From positions 1 to 34,812 of IMG/VR virus record IMGVR_UViG_3300021476_000017: 34,812 nt of DNA; one strand, written 5' to 3'. The DNA is from a virus. Its lineage: Duplodnaviria > Caudoviricetes. Shown one piece after another: positions 1 through 7,423 of the stretch. Below the pieces are notes generated by a model that searched no databases, was not told where the DNA came from, and was given only the letters and a program-made list of their open reading frames with translations. Made by a program: the position numbers and the translations under genes. Every line of letters starts with the position of its first letter. The first letter of the stretch is position 1.

Positions 1-37
1 GTGTAACGGCTTGAACGATTGAAAGCCACTTGTCCAT
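1..37 (-). CDS. 5' end of a gene running off the window (MDKWLSIVQAVT...)
   Basis: ATG at 37 on the minus strand with an AAAGGAG RBS just upstream; follows the stop of the 51..260 ORF. Confidence 0.5.
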   Translation of the reverse strand, partial: MDKWLSIVQAVT

Positions 38-50
38 TTCTACTCCTTTG

Positions 51-260
51 TTAATCTTCGCTAACTTTAATCAAGTTTTCAATATGTTTAAACTCTCTCA
101 TCATCTCACCATGAAATGCGACTTTCCAATTTTCCATGTCATGTTTAAAGTCTTTTCTCCAATCTTCCAACACATCAACTCTTGTAGACACAGCTCCGGC
201 ATGGAAAGTAATCCCGAGAATAAACGTGAAGAGTGCAATTATAGCTCCCCATTCAACCAT
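51..260 (-). CDS. small membrane protein, possibly holin-like (N-terminal TM helix plus charged helical tail)
   Basis: Hydrophobic WGAIIALFTFILGITFHAG followed by a charged segment; lies in the late operon. The holin role is inference. Confidence 0.5.
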   Translation of the reverse strand: MVEWGAIIALFTFILGITFHAGAVSTRVDVLEDWRKDFKHDMENWKVAFHGEMMREFKHIENLIKVSED

Positions 261-382
261 TTCTTAAAAATATGTAATTTCCCAGGGTTGATTCTGTTGC
301 TGAGAGGGTTGATTCTGTTGCTGAGAGGGTTGATTCTGTTGCTGAGAGGGTTGATTCTGTCTTTGGTTAGCAGTTTACTCAT
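239..382 (-). CDS. 47-aa hypothetical protein with RINPLSN repeats
   Basis: Hand-translated MSKLLTKDRINPLSNRINPLSNRINPLSNRINPGKLHIFKKWLNGEL; its start overlaps the upstream stop and it overlaps the next gene. Confidence 0.45.
   Translation of the reverse strand: MSKLLTKDRINPLSNRINPLSNRINPLSNRINPGKLHIFKKWLNGEL
284..360. repeat. 21-bp tandem repeat AGGGTTGATTCTGTTGCTGAG, about 3.7 copies
   Basis: Exact copies start at 284, 305 and 326; partial copy at 347. Confidence 0.95.
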
Positions 383-524
383 ACAAATATCTCACCATCT
401 GACTCAATCTTAACTCCTCAGCGGCACATGGCCAAATTCCATCTCTAGATTTCCACTCATTTATGAGAGACTTTAATATTTGATTGCATTCTTCATCATC
501 ACTTTTATAAGCACTCACAGGCAT
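375..524 (-). CDS. 49-aa hypothetical protein
   Basis: Hand-translated MPVSAYKSDDEECNQILKSLINEWKSRDGIWPCAAEELRLSQMVRYLYE; fits the chain of tightly packed minus-strand ORFs. Confidence 0.45.
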   Translation of the reverse strand: MPVSAYKSDDEECNQILKSLINEWKSRDGIWPCAAEELRLSQMVRYLYE

Positions 525-551
525 GAATACGTCTTCTCAATTTGCTATCAG

Positions 552-728
552 TCATAATTGTTTAGCCAACTGTAATAACTTATCTCCAACACAATTAGTA
601 CATAAATAAATGATTCTATTATTAAGTTTAACTATTCCGATGACAGCCCTAGTCTTTCTATGACAGCTTACACACTCATGAACTATATCTCCAACTCTTC
701 TATCCTTGATTGGACCCTTTTTAAACAT
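552..728 (-). CDS. 58-aa zinc-ribbon protein
   Basis: Hand-translated MFKKGPIKDRRVGDIVHECVSCHRK...YLCTNCVGDKLLQLAKQL with two CxxC motifs; starts 8 nt after the 736..1191 stop. Confidence 0.55.
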   Translation of the reverse strand: MFKKGPIKDRRVGDIVHECVSCHRKTRAVIGIVKLNNRIIYLCTNCVGDKLLQLAKQL

Positions 729-735
729 GACATGA

Positions 736-1191
736 TTATGGGTTAGCGGCTGGTGTTACATCAATAACGTCGTAATCTTCTATTTTGTTCTGTTGAGGAG
801 TATAAAAATGATAATGGACTTCACGGTCTTTATCATTCTTTGTTGCTTCAATTCGTTCTTTTCGAATTGATTCAACTGTTTTACTTGCCGCTGCAATAAC
901 TGATGGCAGCTTATCGGCTCTTACATCTTCCAGTTTTGTTGAGAGGGTCTCAGTGGCTTTATGTAAAAGGTCTAAAGCATTATCATGGACTAATTTTAAT
1001 TTTATTTGTGATTCACTATTTTCTATTAGGTCCTTTAGCGATTCTTTAACTTGTACAGCCATAGCGGCTTTTTTAGGGGAGCCTATTCCAAATAAACTCA
1101 TAGCTTCTCCTCTGCGTGTAGCCTTTAATTTATTAATGAGATTAAGAGGAGAATTTAATCTCTTTATTGCATCTTCATCCTTGATAATCAT
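736..1191 (-). CDS. hypothetical protein, possible terminase small subunit
   Basis: First gene of the leftward late operon next to the repeat region; GAGAGG RBS; helical body with a C-terminal YDVIDVTP tail. The TerS call is positional inference. Confidence 0.4.
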   Translation of the reverse strand: MIIKDEDAIKRLNSPLNLINKLKATRRGEAMSLFGIGSPKKAAMAVQVKESLKDLIENSESQIKLKLVHDNALDLLHKATETLSTKLEDVRADKLPSVIAAASKTVESIRKERIEATKNDKDREVHYHFYTPQQNKIEDYDVIDVTPAANP

Positions 1192-1214
1192 ACACCTCTC
1201 CCAGTCTGTTAGAC

Positions 1215-1242
1215 AGTATACAGGCGTCCGTACGGTAGTGAA
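1215..1242 (-). promoter_or_regulatory. candidate sigma70-like promoter for the leftward late operon
   Basis: TTCACT-N16-TATACT on the minus strand, about 25 nt upstream of the 1191 ATG. Confidence 0.4.
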
Positions 1243-1329
1243 CAGTGTTTTTCCCTGTATTTTTGATGGTTATGAGTTGCTCATGAGTGAGCTGCTCATT
1301 TGGTTTATTAATTTTTATTTTATTTTTTT

Positions 1330-1455
1330 ACTTAAAAGTAGTGAAAGTTAAGATTAGTGCTAGTGTCATTAGTGAGAGATTATATATAATTTAAGATTAG
1401 TAAAAGTGACATTAGTAAAAGTGTATATAATTTAAGATTAGTGAAAGTGTGACAT
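1330..1455. repeat. AT-rich degenerate direct repeats (TATATAATTTAAGATTAGTRAAAGTG twice; TTAAGATTAGT three times)
   Basis: Read directly in the non-coding gap; iteron-like or packaging-site-like. Confidence 0.75.
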
Positions 1456-1531
1456 TCCGCTCCGTTAGACCTATTAACATCCACAATCTATGGTGGGGGG
1501 GTTATGGGTACCAGGTAACTAGATTATGTAG

Positions 1532-1560
1532 TTGACTGAGAGATGCCAGATATGAAGAAT
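1532..1560 (+). promoter_or_regulatory. candidate promoter for the 1608 ORF
   Basis: TTGACT-N17-AAGAAT; the -10 element is weak. Confidence 0.35.
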
Positions 1561-1607
1561 AGATATGCAGTCAATTTCGGCTGCGATTTAAAGGATGGTA
1601 AATCCTC

Positions 1608-1847
1608 ATGTATGAATGTGAAATCTGTCTATCACTCAATTCATGCTCACAGCATCACTGCCGCTGTTGTGGCACCATTCCAGCGAGGTATTCGATTCTC
1701 GCAAAACCAGCACGATTGATTGACCATGAAGGTCGCTGTCAATTCATCGAATGTATTCGAGCGACAGGAGCACAATCAATCGAACGCTGGCACTTCTCAC
1801 GTATTGGCCTGAAGACAGTTAAATTCGATTATTACGCCGCTGAATAA
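1608..1847 (+). CDS. Cys-rich (zinc-ribbon-like) hypothetical protein
   Basis: CEIC...CRCCG motifs, AAGGA upstream, followed by a terminator hairpin. Confidence 0.6.
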   Translation: MYECEICLSLNSCSQHHCRCCGTIPARYSILAKPARLIDHEGRCQFIECIRATGAQSIERWHFSRIGLKTVKFDYYAAE

Positions 1848-1850
1848 ACG

Positions 1851-1895
1851 AATAGCCGCTATGACTAGAATATCAATCATAGCGGCTATTTTTTT
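1851..1895 (+). terminator. intrinsic terminator between convergent genes, probably bidirectional
   Basis: Stem AATAGCCGCTATGA / TCATAGCGGCTATT followed by a T run. Confidence 0.85.
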
Positions 1896-1896
1896 G

Positions 1897-2385
1897 CTAC
1901 GCGGCAGCAGCGACTTTCTTTGCTTGCGCTTTGGCAATGGCTGGCTTCAGAACATTCGCGGCATCCTCGATTGACATTCCAGTATCAACAGAGTAGTTAC
2001 GAACAGACACACGAAAACGCTTTTGCACTTCTTCGTCCCATGTTGGGTCCACAAATTCCGAAATTGGGTCTGATGCCTCAGAATAAAGGATTTCATTATC
2101 TCCAGCAATCAGACGTTTCAGCAAATCCGCATCTGAAAGCTTTCGCAATTCAACGAAATTAGCGATTGAATCTGGCAATGTCTCCGGCTGAGATTCATCC
2201 CAATTCTCATACGAAATCATTGTGGTGTTGCGGCCTCGAGTCATTCCATAGAAGACTCGTAAGCCTCTTCCAGTTCGTCCCTCGTTAGCCTTCGCTTCCT
2301 TCTCTGCAATCTCTGTGGCTCGTGCCTCAGCGGCTTTCTTCGCGAGTTCCTTTTCGTTTGCTTGAGTCTCAACGGCTGTCGTCAT
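1897..2385 (-). CDS. hypothetical early protein (Ala/Lys/Glu-rich termini)
   Basis: 162-aa ORF with GAGGT RBS, its own promoter and terminator; GC-richer than the rest of the window. Confidence 0.8.
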   Translation of the reverse strand: MTTAVETQANEKELAKKAAEARATEIAEKEAKANEGRTGRGLRVFYGMTRGRNTTMISYENWDESQPETLPDSIANFVELRKLSDADLLKRLIAGDNEILYSEASDPISEFVDPTWDEEVQKRFRVSVRNYSVDTGMSIEDAANVLKPAIAKAQAKKVAAAA

Positions 2386-2426
2386 CTTCTACCTCACATT
2401 CCTTGTCGGTTTATTCCGACTTGGAA

Positions 2427-2455
2427 ATTGTCTCACAAATTGATTTGTAGGTCAA
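2427..2455 (-). promoter_or_regulatory. sigma70-like promoter driving 1897..2385
   Basis: TTGACC-N17-GACAAT with an extended -10 TG. Confidence 0.65.
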
Positions 2456-2639
2456 GTCTTTTTTACAAGTGACTCTGCATGAGGCGTTATGCTTTTGGAA
2501 ATCTTCGAACGCTCTGGGACGCTCTGTAACGTGTAAGGGTGCTTTTCACACGGCTGCAACAGGGGCCAAAACCGCAAAAACTCCAATGTTTATGCGGGGG
2601 AACTCGCATTTTACTCGCGTTCCTCCGCGTGTGTGTCGA

Positions 2640-2745
2640 GGTGGGGGGGTGGCGGTGTTATAGGCTATCTAGGTATCTATCTTATATATATTATTATATA
2701 TATTATTATATATATTATTATATATAAGACACCCCACCCCACCCC
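2640..2745. repeat. G-rich and C-rich arms flanking the AT tandem repeat (TTATATATATTA)x3.7; candidate origin or terminus element
   Basis: GGTGGGGGGGTGGCGGTGT, then 12-bp AT units at 2682-2726, then ACACCCCACCCCACCCC. Confidence 0.8.
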
Positions 2746-2774
2746 TTGACACAACCCGACCGCTCTGCTATACT
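2746..2774 (+). promoter_or_regulatory. near-consensus sigma70 promoter for the early/replication arm
   Basis: TTGACA (2746)-N17-TATACT (2769) with an extended -10 TG. Confidence 0.85.
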
Positions 2775-2781
2775 GTTCAGG

Positions 2782-2890
2782 TGGCCACGTCTCCGCCATG
2801 TCGGCAACGGCAGGTAAGTCGTTGCGGCTGTGGGACTTACAGCCGAAACGCTCAGCGGCCGAAGACGCACGGAGACATGCAAAGGCATAC
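2782..2890 (+). ncRNA. structured GC-rich leader or small RNA of unknown class
   Basis: GTCTCCG/CGGAGAC closing stem; TGTCG-GCAA-CGGCA GNRA hairpin; CGGCTGT/ACAGCCG stem; lies immediately downstream of the promoter. Confidence 0.5.
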
Positions 2891-2907
2891 CAACACAATA
2901 CTAAAGG

Positions 2908-3297
2908 ATGAATTATATGCCAGTAGATAATAAAGAAAAACAAGATATTCTTAATAGCATTAGTATGTCAGGAGCCGCGAGCAAGGAAAACATCCAAACA
3001 AACCATATTATTCTAGGTAGTAGACAAAACCTCAATCATATTGCTAATAACAGTTCAGGACTACTAAAGATTTATCCATCGATTGCAAAGAAGTTTGATT
3101 TGATTCTGAATCAACCGAGTATTTTATCACCTTTGTCTCCATTTGAAATTCGTTGTGTTCTATGCAAGAGGGTAATTTCATATCCTTGCTGGTATTATAA
3201 CAAAAAATATGCTATAAATCACTTTCACTATTTCATCTGTTTCGATAGGGAGGACGTAAATCAACCAACATGCCGTTGCTATAGAAAGGATGTGTAA
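2908..3297 (+). CDS. hypothetical protein with Cys motifs (CVLC, CRC)
   Basis: ORF track; an AAGGA RBS suggests the start may be the second Met at 2917. Confidence 0.7.
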   Translation: MNYMPVDNKEKQDILNSISMSGAASKENIQTNHIILGSRQNLNHIANNSSGLLKIYPSIAKKFDLILNQPSILSPLSPFEIRCVLCKRVISYPCWYYNKKYAINHFHYFICFDREDVNQPTCRCYRKDV

Positions 3298-3299
3298 AA

Positions 3300-3512
3300 A
3301 TGAGTCTTATTGCTCCACAACGAAGAGTAACAATAACCCAACAGAATAAGAACATCATAGTAGAATTTCAGGAGTTATTAATGCATAGATTTGAGAGCAT
3401 CTATTACAAATGGTATGATTTAGACTCTCCACAAACAGAGTTATCATCATTAATCTTCACATGGATTAATGGTAAAGATATCGAAGCAGATGATTTAATG
3501 ATTGCAGAATAA
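3300..3512 (+). CDS. hypothetical protein
   Basis: 70 aa; AAGGA RBS; operon spacing. Confidence 0.7.
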   Translation: MSLIAPQRRVTITQQNKNIIVEFQELLMHRFESIYYKWYDLDSPQTELSSLIFTWINGKDIEADDLMIAE

Positions 3513-3538
3513 CCTGCACAAAACTAAGAGAGGAAAAA

Positions 3539-3826
3539 ATGCCTAAAACATTCAGTAACAATCCAGTTTTTAAAAACGAGAGTAATGATGGAATGGTCAA
3601 AAGATATTCACACCAGCCGCTAACACTAGAGCACAACGGAATCCATGTTACAATCAAAGAGAATGGGAGAGTTAAAATTGTATCAGAGGGAAGAGAAATT
3701 CCAGGAACAGATGATATAGAGTATGATGAAGTCGAAATTCCTGCAAGTCTCATTTTCAAGATTTCATCCGCTCTAAGAATGACTCGGACAGTGAAGTTCA
3801 TTCCAGTAAATAAAGAAGAAGAGTAG
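3539..3826 (+). CDS. hypothetical protein
   Basis: 95 aa; GAGAGG RBS. Confidence 0.75.
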   Translation: MPKTFSNNPVFKNESNDGMVKRYSHQPLTLEHNGIHVTIKENGRVKIVSEGREIPGTDDIEYDEVEIPASLIFKISSALRMTRTVKFIPVNKEEE

Positions 3827-3837
3827 CTTGCAGTATA

Positions 3838-3866
3838 GCGGCAGAGTAGAAATATTCTGCCGTTTT
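3838..3866 (+). terminator. hairpin, possible terminator or attenuator
   Basis: GCGGCAGAGTA / TATTCTGCCGT followed by TTT. Confidence 0.55.
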
Positions 3867-3879
3867 CTGGAGGATATTC

Positions 3880-4506
3880 TTGTCATGGATTTGTTCAAAA
3901 TGTGAGTGGCAAAATCAAGATGATAAAAGGAAACGATGTGTTAATTGTAATTTTCCAAATATATATAATAGGGAGATATGTAAAGATATGACACCTAATG
4001 AAGAGTTATTTGCTGAGTTCTTTAACAAACATAGAAATAGTGAACCAATAATTAACTATGTAAAGGACATGAATTTATTTGAGTTAAGAACATTTCGTGA
4101 GAGAATGTCAATCATTGCATTAGAGGCTAAAGCTTCTATTTATGCTTGTGATGATGCAGAAAGAGAAATAAAGAAGAAAAAAGCAGGTCCTGATAAACCA
4201 TCTGGATTTGAGAAGTCTCTTAATCAAGATGAGACAGCTACAAATGCAATCAATGCCATAAAAGAACGTCAAAAAAGATTAAGCAAAAAAGAGAAACTTC
4301 AAGCTGGATTAATTAAGCTATTTACTGAAGCCGGAATGACTACTGCCGAGGCTACAGTTGAGGCTGAGAGGCGTACAAGTAACATAGCGATTAAAGAAGC
4401 AATTGATAATGCCGATATAAAAGAGCAAGAAAAACCAAAAGAAGATAACAATAACAATAATGATAAACCATTTCACAATCCATTTGAAGGATTAACAAGA
4501 GGGTAA
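3880..4506 (+). CDS. hypothetical protein with an N-terminal RanBP2-like zinc finger
   Basis: W-x-C-x2-C-x3-N-x7-C-x2-C; GGAGG RBS before the TTG start; helical C-terminus. Confidence 0.7.
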   Translation: MSWICSKCEWQNQDDKRKRCVNCNFPNIYNREICKDMTPNEELFAEFFNKHRNSEPIINYVKDMNLFELRTFRERMSIIALEAKASIYACDDAEREIKKKKAGPDKPSGFEKSLNQDETATNAINAIKERQKRLSKKEKLQAGLIKLFTEAGMTTAEATVEAERRTSNIAIKEAIDNADIKEQEKPKEDNNNNNDKPFHNPFEGLTRG

Positions 4507-4509
4507 ACA

Positions 4510-6120
4510 ATGGCTCTAACAAAAATAATAAGACAAGAATGTCCAGTATGTAAAAAAATTGCTGTCGAAGAATCAAGAATTAAATTTGGAACGAAAACAA
4601 CATTAATTAAGCTTGCTTGTGGCCATCTACTCACACTCGAATCAATGGCTTCTGAAGAGAAAGCCTATGATTCTATCGTATTTTCGGATGGATGTAAACC
4701 GAGACCCTATCAAATCGATGCGGTAAGGTTTGCTGAAGAGTCTAACGTAAGATGCATTATTGCCGATGAGGCAGGTTTAGGTAAGACAATCGAAGCATTA
4801 GGTTTGATACGTCTTCATGCTGCTAAGTTACTACCCTGTGTGATAGTTTGCCCTTCGACAGTGAAATTACAATGGATGTATGAGATATGCAGAATCTGTT
4901 GTGATAAGGATAAAGGCTTCAAGGATGAAAGATTTCTCACTCAAGTAATTAAGACGAGTAAGGACTTAGCAATGCCAGGGTTTCAAATCTATATTGTGAC
5001 ATATGATGTATTGAAGAATGATAAGTTATTCTCTTTACTGCCAGACGGAGAAATTAAGACAATCATAATTGACGAATGCCAGAGGATAAAGAATCATCTC
5101 TCTGAAAGAGCTAAAGCCGTTCAGCGTGTTGCAAAAGGTACTCCACACATTATCTCCATGTCTGGAACGCCAATCAAGAATAACGCTGGTGAGTATTTCA
5201 CTGTTCTGAATCTGACGAAACCAACTTTGTTTCCACATTATCAGAAATACATCGATAACTATTGTGATAGCTACTCTAGCGGATGGGGCCAGAAAATTGG
5301 TGGATTGAAAGATGCAGAAAGATTTCATGAAGACACAAAGGACATCATCATTCGTCGCACCAAATCTGATGTTCTCAAAGAACTACCAAGCATAGCGAGG
5401 CAGTTCCATCATGTTGAGCTAGACAGAAAGCTTCATAAAGCTTATGCTGCTCTGATGGATGAATTAGAAGAATTATTTTATGGAGAAGATAGTTTTGCTA
5501 CTGAAGCAAACAAAATGGCCATTCGAATGAAGCTTCGACATATTACAGGAATAAGTAAAGTCGAAGCTGATGGCGGTTGTATAGATTTTATCACAGAATT
5601 TCTTCTCTCAACAGATAGAAAGATAGTAGTTTTCGTGCATCATCAAGACGTAATGGGATTATTGGAAATAAAACTAAATACTTGGTTAGCAGATGGCGGA
5701 TTTGGTCCCTGTGTCGTGATGCACTCGGGATTGAATGGTGAGGAAAGAACTAAAGCCGCTAAGGAGTTCGAGAATAACCTCGCTCGTAGAGTGATGATTG
5801 CAAGCACCTTAGCGGCTGGAGAAGGATTGAATCTTCAATTCTGCTCAGATGCAGTGATATTAGAGCGGCAATGGAATCCGGCAAACGAAGAACAAGCTGA
5901 AGGAAGATTTCATAGATTTGGTCAGAAGAATCCTGTAAGTATCACGTATATGATATCTTCTGGAACAATTGATGAATACTTCACTCAGTTAGTTGAGGTG
6001 AAGAGACAAATTGTTGCTTCTACATTAGATAAGAAAGAAATACAATGGGACCAACCTAGTTTGATGAAGGAACTAGATGAATTACTCCTGATAAAAGGAA
6101 GGAAGGCATGGAGTCTATGA
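4510..6120 (+). CDS. SNF2-family (HARP/SMARCAL1-like) helicase/translocase with an N-terminal Zn ribbon
   Basis: ADEAGLGKT Walker A, DECQ motif II, SGTPIKN motif III, STLAAGEGLNLQ and QWNPANEEQAEGRFHRFGQ motifs V/VI; CPVC...CGH. Confidence 0.93.
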   Translation: MALTKIIRQECPVCKKIAVEESRIKFGTKTTLIKLACGHLLTLESMASEEKAYDSIVFSDGCKPRPYQIDAVRFAEESNVRCIIADEAGLGKTIEALGLIRLHAAKLLPCVIVCPSTVKLQWMYEICRICCDKDKGFKDERFLTQVIKTSKDLAMPGFQIYIVTYDVLKNDKLFSLLPDGEIKTIIIDECQRIKNHLSERAKAVQRVAKGTPHIISMSGTPIKNNAGEYFTVLNLTKPTLFPHYQKYIDNYCDSYSSGWGQKIGGLKDAERFHEDTKDIIIRRTKSDVLKELPSIARQFHHVELDRKLHKAYAALMDELEELFYGEDSFATEANKMAIRMKLRHITGISKVEADGGCIDFITEFLLSTDRKIVVFVHHQDVMGLLEIKLNTWLADGGFGPCVVMHSGLNGEERTKAAKEFENNLARRVMIASTLAAGEGLNLQFCSDAVILERQWNPANEEQAEGRFHRFGQKNPVSITYMISSGTIDEYFTQLVEVKRQIVASTLDKKEIQWDQPSLMKELDELLLIKGRKAWSL

Positions 6121-6725
6121 CAACTAATCCTAATCTAAAAGAAGTTAACTTCGGTTTGAATCAATATTGCGGCCCTGCCGTTCTGAGTGCATTGACGGGT
6201 GAAAGTACTGATAGGTGTGCTGCTGTGATTTCTTCAGTTTCTGGAAGAAATCAGATCAAAGCTGTGAGTAGAGAGCATTTTAGAGAAGCTCTGAAGAGAT
6301 TGAAATTTGATGTAGAGAATACAAACTTCTCTAGTTCAACACTCTATGGAACACTCTTTAGGCTGCATAATCATGATGGTCTCTACGTTGTATTTGTTCC
6401 ACATCATGTAGTTGCTGTGGAGGTCGCTCAGAATCAGATTCTTATCTGTGATAATCACTGTAAAACTCCTCTAGACATTAAACAATCAGCTCGTCTCACT
6501 CAGAAAGTAGAGGATGTATGGAAAGTTTATCCACATCCTATTCCAGTTTTTGTAAGGAGTGAGATTAAAGTTGAAAAGCAAAAGTATTTGTGTAGATTAG
6601 ATGTAATGGAATATAACTATTATGAGAACTCTGAAGATAATAATAAAACTATGTTAGGAAGTTTAAGATATAAGGATGAATATCAGATGAAACAGATACT
6701 CGATTCTTTGAAAGAGGTGAAATAA
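6117..6725 (+). CDS. papain-like (peptidase C39-like) domain protein
   Basis: NQYCGPAVLSAL, HHVVAV and ICDN give a Cys-His-Asp pattern; start placed at the ATGA overlap with the helicase stop (ORF track start 6108). Confidence 0.55.
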   Translation: MTTNPNLKEVNFGLNQYCGPAVLSALTGESTDRCAAVISSVSGRNQIKAVSREHFREALKRLKFDVENTNFSSSTLYGTLFRLHNHDGLYVVFVPHHVVAVEVAQNQILICDNHCKTPLDIKQSARLTQKVEDVWKVYPHPIPVFVRSEIKVEKQKYLCRLDVMEYNYYENSEDNNKTMLGSLRYKDEYQMKQILDSLKEVK

Positions 6726-7279
6726 TGTGTCAATTTGGCGATTCTTCTAAAATTCTAAGAGAAGAAATAATAGCAGAGGATACAAAGTTATATGGAGTTA
6801 GGCTATTCAAGATTAGTAATAGCTTTTCTAAAGATAGAATGCTACTATCATTAAATCAGAATTATAAGTGGCCATTTGATAAGGCTACTGGGGTTGGGCT
6901 AAAAAGAAATAATAGCGTAGGCTTATATAGCTACAACAACTACTACAACTACAACTACAACAACTACTACAACTACAACAACTACTACAACTACAACTAC
7001 AACTACAACTACAACTACAACTACAACTACTACTACATTCTTGGGAAAATTCAAGTTTTTGGTTTAACTTTTGCATATAAAGAAGGTTATCGATCTGAAT
7101 TTGCTAAGGTTGAATCAATAGCAGTAATTGATAATCCTCTATGGCTAGACTCAAAAGATGAGAAAGAACAAGCTTATCTAAAACATTTTAATGAATGCTG
7201 CGATGAAATAGCTGAGAAGTACAAAATCATTAAGGTTCCATATTTAGAAATAAAGAAGTTCGATGGAGGTGGAAATTGA
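6725..7279 (+). CDS. hypothetical phage protein with an internal Tyr/Asn tract
   Basis: TAATG coupling; the flanks GVRLFK, GLYSY and LGKIQVFG...EGYRSE look like one globular domain interrupted by 35 Y/N residues. Confidence 0.75.
   Translation: MCQFGDSSKILREEIIAEDTKLYGVRLFKISNSFSKDRMLLSLNQNYKWPFDKATGVGLKRNNSVGLYSYNNYYNYNYNNYYNYNNYYNYNYNYNYNYNYNYYYILGKIQVFGLTFAYKEGYRSEFAKVESIAVIDNPLWLDSKDEKEQAYLKHFNECCDEIAEKYKIIKVPYLEIKKFDGGGN
6932..7036 (+). repeat. (WAC)35 in-frame microsatellite made only of TAC and AAC codons
   Basis: 105 nt read directly. Confidence 0.95.
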
Positions 7280-7416
7280 CTAGCAACGCTACTAGAACAA
7301 TAGATTTATATGATAAATTTAAGGAGTTGCTACTTAATGCCAGAAGTGAAGGATCGAAATTATCAGTAATGTTCACATTTGTAGATTATTGTGATTCATT
7401 ACACACTATTAAATAG
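7276..7416 (+). CDS. 46-aa hypothetical protein
   Basis: TTG start overlapping the previous TGA, GGAGGT RBS; hand-translated MTSNATRTIDLYDKFKELLLNARSEG... Confidence 0.5.
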   Translation: MTSNATRTIDLYDKFKELLLNARSEGSKLSVMFTFVDYCDSLHTIK

Positions 7417-7423
7417 AGGAAAT

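Noticed and set aside
284-360. CRISPR mini-array
   Set aside because: The repeats are contiguous, with no spacers
2782-2890. Hammerhead ribozyme or c-di-GMP riboswitch
   Set aside because: GAAAC and GGGAC fragments occur, but the CUGANGA core and the GEMM consensus are absent
2469-2943. ORFs 2469..2663, 2539..2727 and 2677..2943
   Set aside because: They run through promoters and the AT repeat (YYYI/IIIY translations) and lack RBSs
6932-7036. AAC-rich tract as a DGR template repeat
   Set aside because: No reverse transcriptase and no second, adenine-mutated copy in the window; it behaves as a simple microsatellite
6885-7076. Cys/Ser-rich metallothionein-like ORF on the minus strand
   Set aside because: It is only the antisense reading of the (WAC)n tract inside a coupled + strand gene
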